A stretch of 64,000 nt of DNA from the human T2T-CHM13v2.0 reference genome, Homo sapiens. A model generated the notes under the pieces. That model was not told where the DNA came from, searched no databases, and saw only the letters and a program-made list of their open reading frames with translations. A program made the translations under genes and the position numbers. Positions 1-64,000 of the stretch are shown here, piece by piece; position 1 is the stretch's first letter; the number at the start of each line of letters is the position of its first letter. The stretch lies in assembly GCF_009914755.1 (NCBI RefSeq), contig NC_060941.1. One strand, 5' to 3'.

Positions 1-307
1 GAGCCCCAGAGCCCCCGCGGCCCGAGAGGAGCTGGGCACAGCAGCGAGGCTGATTCCCAGCCAGTGCCCAGCGAACTCTGGGGGTGGGGGTAGGGTGCCC
101 CCTACCCGCGCCTCTGGAAGAGCGGCTGCAAAACACCTCCGGCGCCCGGTGGGGAGCGTGCATCCTTTGAAAAGGGACATCAGTGACTGCGGTGGCGTCT
201 ACCCTGGAGAAACGCAGCTGAGGGAGGTGGAGGCTCCTCCCGCCGCAGCTGGCCGGCCCCATTCGGGTCCCAGCGCTAGCCGGCGTTGGGAAGGAAAAAT
301 CAAACAT
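1..307 (-). ncRNA. TMEM132E-DT: 5' part of the divergent transcript TMEM132E-DT (formerly C17orf102); its ORF starts at ATG 307 and runs off the left edge
   Basis: Reverse complement from 307 reads ATG TTT GAT TTT TCC TTC..., giving MFDFSFPTPASAGTRMGPASCGGRSLHLPQLRFSRVDATAVTDVPFQRMHAPHRAPEVFCSRSSRGAGRGHPTPTPRVRWALAGNQPRCCAQLLSGRGGSGA with no stop. I recognise this as the old C17orf102 predicted protein. Head-to-head with TMEM132E. Protein-coding status is doubtful. Confidence 0.85.
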
Positions 308-309
308 AA

Positions 310-620
310 AATAGGGGCGAGCGGAATCGCGAGGTCGGCCCTTGGCCCGAGTCTCATTAAGGAGCCGCGCGCGCCGCCAGGCTAGGAATGCGGAATGGAC
401 ACGTGGACAGAGGAGGGGGAGCTAGGAGTCGGGGAGTCTCCGTGGCGCGCGAGCTGTGGGCCGCGCGCTCGGGGGCCACGTGACCACGGGGAATCTGGGA
501 GGGGTGGGAGTGAGCGCGCCAAGCTCGGCGCCCGCTTCTGCCCGGGTGGGCGCTGAATCCCGGACGGAGGAGGAGGGCGGGCGAGCGCGAGTGTGTGTGT
601 CTCTCTCGAGTCATTTACGG
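310..620. promoter_or_regulatory. Probable core of the bidirectional promoter; Inr-like GTCATT at 610-615 is a candidate + strand TSS
   Basis: Lies between the minus-strand ORF start (307) and the GC-rich leader. GC boxes at 545-582. BBCABW match at 610-615. The TSS cannot be fixed from sequence alone. Confidence 0.5.
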
Positions 621-647
621 CGGAGCAGCCGGCGCGAGCGCCGAGGA

Positions 648-668
648 GGCGGCGACGGCGGCGGCGGC
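648..668 (+). repeat. Short interrupted GGC repeat, (GGC)2GAC(GGC)4
   Basis: Read directly from the sequence. Confidence 0.85.
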
Positions 669-2103
669 TGCTTCGTGCAACTGTGGCTTCCCCCACCTCC
701 TCTTCCTTTTTGCTCCTCGATTCTTCTTCTTCCCCCACACACGTCCATGGGGAGCCGGCTCCCCTGCCAGCACCTCCTCTCCTCTCGGCCCCGTAGGCAC
801 CAGCTGCCGCTTCCCTGGCCGCAGGCTGCGCAGGTGCCGGCTGCCCTGGCCCCTGGCGCCGCGCCCGCGTCTCACCGCCCGCAGCCCGGACTGGCGCGGC
901 GATCCGCTCGCCCAAACTGACTCGGAGGGAGCGGGAGCCGATGCCCGGCAGCATCGAGACAGCGGGCGAACGGGCGTCCGGGGACAGGGTGGGGGCGGCG
1001 GGGAGGAGGCGTCGGAGACTCTGAACCCCAGAAAAGTTCAAGGTTTGTGCAGGTTCCCCCAGGGAAGGCGAGGAGCGAGGCGGGGCAGCGCGCCCCTCTG
1101 CCGAGACAGCGAGACCTTAGCGGGGTGGCCCGGAGCTGCCGTGAGCTGCAGGAGCCCCTCTGCATCTTACAGCGTTTATGGTCATCAAGCTGGAGTCGAC
1201 GTCCTGGGCAGGAAGGGCTCGGGGCAGGGCGCATTAGCCGGCTTTCTCGCTCCCTCGCTTCTCCAAGCCCCATCTACATGGGGCAGCCCGTTCTGGCCGC
1301 GCCACCCTTGCCCCAGCCGCGGAGCGGCTGCCTGGGCAGGAGGCGCTGAGCCGGCCTGTGTGGAGCCTGGGCCCTGATCCAGACTGGAGAAAGCGCGCTG
1401 GAGCGGAGGAGCGAGCCTTGCGAGGGGACAAACATCTGGCCGCCCGCCTCGGGCATTCGGTCTGGGCGTCGCCTAGGGTGGTGGCGACCGGCGTCGCCAG
1501 TTTCAGCACCGCACGGAAACTTTTCCTTCTCCAGATGGATTAAAGTTGTCTGGATTTTCTCTTTCTTTGAGAAAGACAGCATTCATTTGCACCTGACCTG
1601 GGATTTTTATGCTGGGCTGCTGCAGGGGCTTGGAGGAAGAAAGCGGCGCTATCCATGTGCGGTTACTACCGAAACCGAGGAAACTGGGGATTGCGTTGGA
1701 AGTCGGCACCCTCGAGTGAGTTCGGATTCGAGCTGGGCCGTGAGGCCGGGAGATTCAGCACTGGGCTCTAGGTAGCCCCCGGGACGCCCGCGGCCACCGG
1801 GCTCCGGACTGCACGTGCAGCTCCCCCCGCGCCTCGCAGATCCTGCAGGGGGCACCAGCTGGGGGAGGTGGAGGCTCCTCCCGCCCGGAGCTGCGCCCCC
1901 ACCGGCTCCGAGGGTGTAGCCGCCAGCGCCTGGGACGCCCCCTCCCCGCAAAGTGTCCCCGAATTGCACTCTCTGGTCCCGGAGCTGCATCTGAGACAGC
2001 CGGGCGCCACGGCAGCCCTGAGTTGGATGTGACCAAGCCCAGCTTGGGGCCAAGTCGTCGTCGACTGTTGCCCTCTCGGACCCCTCCCGCCCCCGCCTCG
2101 GCC

Positions 2104-59246
<57,143 letters not shown>

Positions 59247-60300
59247 AGGCGCCAGCCGGAGTAGCAGGGACCCCCCCCCCCACAACGGGGTCAGCTCGGG
59301 GTAGGACACAGCCGGGACCCCGGTTCACACTGACTCTGGGCGGCTGAATTGATTTTGTACTCCCTGCCCCTGCAGCTTGGCTCCGTGCGGAGCGGGCCGC
59401 CTCAGTGTCTGGGCCTTCCCTCGCCTCACGCCATTACCCTCTTCTGCCCCCTGCAGGTGGAGGGCTCTTCCTCCAGTGGCTCGTAAGGAGGAAAGCAACC
59501 CCAGCCTCTGTTCTGCCCTTTCCAAACCTCCTCCCATCTTAAGCAACCCCCTGCCCCAAGAGTGAGGCAAGGAGGTCCAGCTTGGGGTCAGGTGGGCCCA
59601 CGCTGTGTCCCGGCCCCGCCTCCCGTCCCCCGTGTCGTCCCCCTGTGCAGGGGGTTCTGTGGGGGTCTTGTGTCACAGGCTGCACAAAGACTTTCCTCAA
59701 ACTAATATTCAGGGATTTCTGTCCTGCAGGGTGGGGAGGTGGCAGCTGCCTGCCCTGCCAAGGATCTTGCTGTGGACGAAATATCTGGGGGTTAGGGGGA
59801 CAGTTGTAGCATCTGCTGGCATTCGGGTGCCTCCCAGGACCTGGGAGCTGACTCTACAGAGAGGTCTGGTGCCAAGCCAGGCACCTTCCTGAGTTCTCAG
59901 GACTCCCACCTCTGCCCCAAGGGCTTTGGGCAGGGACCTAAAGGGGAAAGAGTCCTGGATCCATCTCTAGCCAAATCACACCCCAGAGCCAGAGGCCTGG
60001 GGACCTCCTTGCCTTCCCCGTCCCCCACAGCAAGGTCAACACTACTACGCCTTAGCCACCCCTCACCCTGCTGACTGCGACTTCCCTCTGCAGCACAGGG
60101 CAGGCAGCCACCTATCCCCCACAAGACGGAACCCGGGAGGGGAGTAGAGGGCACCAGGGAATGCTGTGAGGGACTTCAGGGTGGGCAAATGCAGAAGGGA
60201 GCCAGTGTCGCCCCTACCCCATCCCACAGCCATTTTTCTCTCGGGTTCTACCCACCACTGTGTCGGATTTTTCTTAAATAAATGGAAGCGGTCAGACTGG
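59247..60300 (+). other. TMEM132E: TMEM132E 3' UTR (end approximate)
   Basis: From the stop codon to about 20 nt past AATAAA at 60277. Confidence 0.75.
60277..60282 (+). terminator. Polyadenylation signal AATAAA
   Basis: First canonical hexamer I found after the stop, preceded by a U-rich stretch (gatttttctt). Confidence 0.8.
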
Positions 60301-63300
60301 AGGTGGGGGCAGCAGCTCCCATGAACAGAGAGTACATGGTGGCTGGCTCTGTCTCTTCCTTATGTGCATGGGCAAACATACACACATACACAAGCAAGTG
60401 CACACATGCACACACACACACTCACACACTGTGGGCACACTACATGACATGAGACCAAAACTCGGCTAGACCAGGCTGTGGTCCCGCTCTTCCTCCCCCA
60501 ACATGCAGGTCCTTTAAGACCCTCTGGTACTTTGGGATGCCCAGGTCAAGGGATGAAGAATCCGCTGACCCACAAATGTGCCCTTATAAAGAGGTGCTTC
60601 CTCTAAGGCTCTGTTCTGATTGGCTCAGGGGAGGGAAGGGCAGGCCTCGGGACTGCAGAGAAAGGTCTTCTGGGGGGCACAGAAAACTAAGGAGAGAGGT
60701 GAGAGGGTTGGTGTGCCTACCTGAGTTACTTCAGCTTCCTTCACTGCCCACCTCTCAGAGGTGGCCCTCCCTGTAACCACCTCTCAGGGAATCCTCCCTT
60801 CTCTCCCCCTTGGGGCTGATGGAGAAAGCCTGGGGATCTACATGTTAGAAACCAGGCAGGAGAGAGCACAGGCATGTTGGGGTGCCCCTCCCCACCAGTG
60901 GGCCGCGGACTAGCTGCATCTTATGCCACACTTGACCTGTGAGTGTGCACACAGCCTGTCATGAGGCCCTGGGAGCCCACACCCCAGCACAGGCAGCAGC
61001 CTAGGGGGCACAGGAGCTCAGGCCTGAGAGGGGCAGGAGCTCAGCCAAGGCTACCTGGCCAGCCTCCAGTGCCCATAGACAGGTGGCTCTGGCAGCCACT
61101 TTTGGAAAGGAAAGGAACACTAACCAGCATGTGTCCCAGAAGCAGCCAGCAGCAGAACTGGGGCTACACTGGCACCTGCCCAGACATGCTGTTCCCCACT
61201 CTGGAAGGAAGCCTGGCCTCCCACAATCATCTGCTCAGCTGATGGTGCAGCCTAGGGTGGTTGTGAGGATTAAATAGGATCATGTATGGAAAGCACTCTG
61301 CACAGCTCCCGCAGACAGCATGCCTAGTACAGACAGCTGCGCGTAGAGGATATCAATGAATGGACTTTGGCACAACCAGGTCTTAATTTTCAGGCAAGGC
61401 ATAGGTCTGAAAGGAAGACTAGAGACTGACCAGCTGTGCCCAAGATACGTTTAGCAACAAAGAACAGGTGCAACTCAGCAGCAAGTAAGGAGCTACCAGA
61501 AAGCTGAGCCCAAAGCAGAACCACAGGGGAGCTTGGCGCGGGGGCGGGGGGGGGGGGTCTCCTTGAGCTCCCAGAACAACAGATATCTGCCATTCAAACA
61601 CTGCCCTGACTACATACTCCTGGAAGGGTATGGGGGTCTCAGTCATTTTTTAACCCGCTTGTGCTTAACCTGGTGCCTGGAATCAGCAAGTGCTCAACAA
61701 ATGATTGCCTACCAAATTAAGTCCAAATGCAAACTCTAAATGGCTTTCACATTATCCCATATTGGGGGATTTTGCACACTCTACCACCTTACTTGAGGTT
61801 CATCACCTCATCCCCTTGGAGTTCTTATAAGAGAGAGATGAGGAGGGCAGGGATGTGAGTTGAGGAAGAATACCTTACGTTGGGGAAGTGTGCCAGGTGG
61901 GGTGGGTTGCTGCTGTGAAACTTGGAACATGGAGCATTTGTTTCTTCAGTGCATTAAGCTCCTGCTACACCCTGGACCCTGATGGGGAGTCTGGGAAGCA
62001 AAACTGTGGATCCGTCCTCAAGGAGCCCCCAGCCCCGTAAGGAAGATGGACAAGTCATCTGCCCACTGTCATCTGGGATGATGACAGACCTTTACCCTGG
62101 GTTGACAGGGCACAAAGGAGGAGAGGAGAAGACAACTGAAGCTGAGTTTGCTGAGGACAAGGCCAGGGACAGTCCGGTAAGGAGGACAGAAGTTACAGAC
62201 TCCACACCCTGTGTTTTGCTGCCTGACTTTGCACTTGCTTTCCCTATGCCTGGAACATGAGTCCCTGGTGAGAGGGGAAGCACAGAAAACACACATGCAA
62301 AGGCGCAGAGACCAGAGAGGGTGATCGGTCCAGCAAGGATGGGAATCAGGCTCAGACATGAGGTTTAGCTCTTGTGAAGGAAGGAATGATGGAGGGGAAA
62401 GAGGATCGGTTAAGAGGATGCTGCAGCAGAAAGCATGAGGCCCTGAGCCAGAGCAGTAGGTACAGAGAGCTGGGAGCAAACTGGTATTCGGCTGCAGAAT
62501 TCGGCAACTATACATCCCACACAGGGACGATGAGGAGGAGACATGAGCTGCTTGGCTGCAGAGATCTCTTTCCCAGATAAGCTTCGGAGACCAGGCCACC
62601 CCAAGGAGAAAAGTGGAATGCTTTTTGCAGGCACCCAGGGTTTCACAAACAGGGAGACGAGGACCTAGAGAGGAGGAGCAATTGGCCCAAAGGCACACAA
62701 CAAACTCGGAACAGAGCCAGAGCCATGCCTGCTGCCCTGTCCTGTAATTTGTGTCCCTCTCTCCTCATCCCTCACCCCCTGTCCAAATGCGAGAACTCAG
62801 AAGCAATTGCAAGAAACGCCAACTCCTGACCCTCGTGGAGTTCAAGCGGGAGCCGGCTTGGTGGGAATGCAGCAGGACATTTAGTTAACAGCCCCTCTGG
62901 AATGGCCCCGGTCCTTGCACTCCTCTTTAAAAATTTGTCTTCAACCCCGAAAACGAATCGAGGGACCTTGTAAAGAATAGTTATTGACAAGAGAGCTGCT
63001 CAGGGAGCACCAGGGAGCCAGGCCCATGAATCAGTTCGCTAGCAAAATGAGATTTCTCAGACAGCCAGGGCTGGTGAAGGCAGACCAGGAGATTCAGAGG
63101 AACCGCCCGGAGCCCACCCTGCCCCAGCCCCAGCCCCACGCTTCCCACTGTCCTCTCCACACCAGCCCTGGACGCTTCTCCATGCTTGTCTTTAACAAAC
63201 ACTAACTTCAGTTCAGTGTGCTCCCCTTAACAGAAGGCTTCAGGGAGTGGGGGGTGGGAAGTGGGGTTGGAGCCCAGTTGAGAAAATGGAAAACACAATA

Positions 63301-63526
63301 AGTAGGCTAGAGAAGGAAACTCTCATTTGAAGGGTCAAAATGTTCTAAGATAGGTTGGCAGGGACTCCTGGAGTCTGACAGTGCATTTGCCAGGTGACCT
63401 TTAGCCAATATGTCACTATTTCTGAGCCCTGGTGTCCCCATATGTAAAAACATGGGAATCACCACTTCTAGGCAGTGTCCACTGGCCTCCCTGAAGAGGT
63501 CCTGCTATTCCAACACTTGTATTTCT

Positions 63527-63854
<328 letters not shown>

Positions 63855-64000
63855 CAACACTCGTATTTCTAACAAGAGTCGTGGAAGATAGGAATTATGG
63901 CTATTTTATAGATAAGGAGGCAAGCACACAAAGAGGGCAAGTAACGTGCCTTCAGCTTAGAAGTGACCTGGCGGGCAGCTCCAAACCTACCTGCTTTCTG

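Overview
Primate, almost certainly human, genomic DNA containing the whole TMEM132E gene on the + strand. I assembled 9 coding exons from GT-AG sites: 67+931+147+193+144+206+289+192+1056 = 3225 nt, which is 1074 aa plus stop, with consistent phases. The product is a type I membrane protein with a signal peptide, large ectodomain, one TM helix and a cytoplasmic tail with overlapping RVxF/WIRS motifs. The gene shares a CpG-island promoter with a divergent minus-strand transcript (C17orf102/TMEM132E-DT), whose ORF runs off the left edge and is missing from the ORF track. Intron 1 is about 45 kb of ordinary mammalian intron with Alu, MIR, L2, L1M, CR1, LTR and hAT remnants plus microsatellites. 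Most ORFs in the track are noise. I see no new multi-gene system. The most unusual signals are: (1) a 30-bp element present both in the divergent transcript and in the TMEM132E leader, which makes the two RNAs locally complementary; (2) a leader rich in uORFs, a G4 motif and a possible cryptic intron; (3) two local duplications within 3.5 kb of intron 1; (4) a (CT)10(AC)19(GC)11 Z-DNA tract next to a homeobox-motif cluster. Gene names and repeat subfamilies come from recognition, not from database searches.
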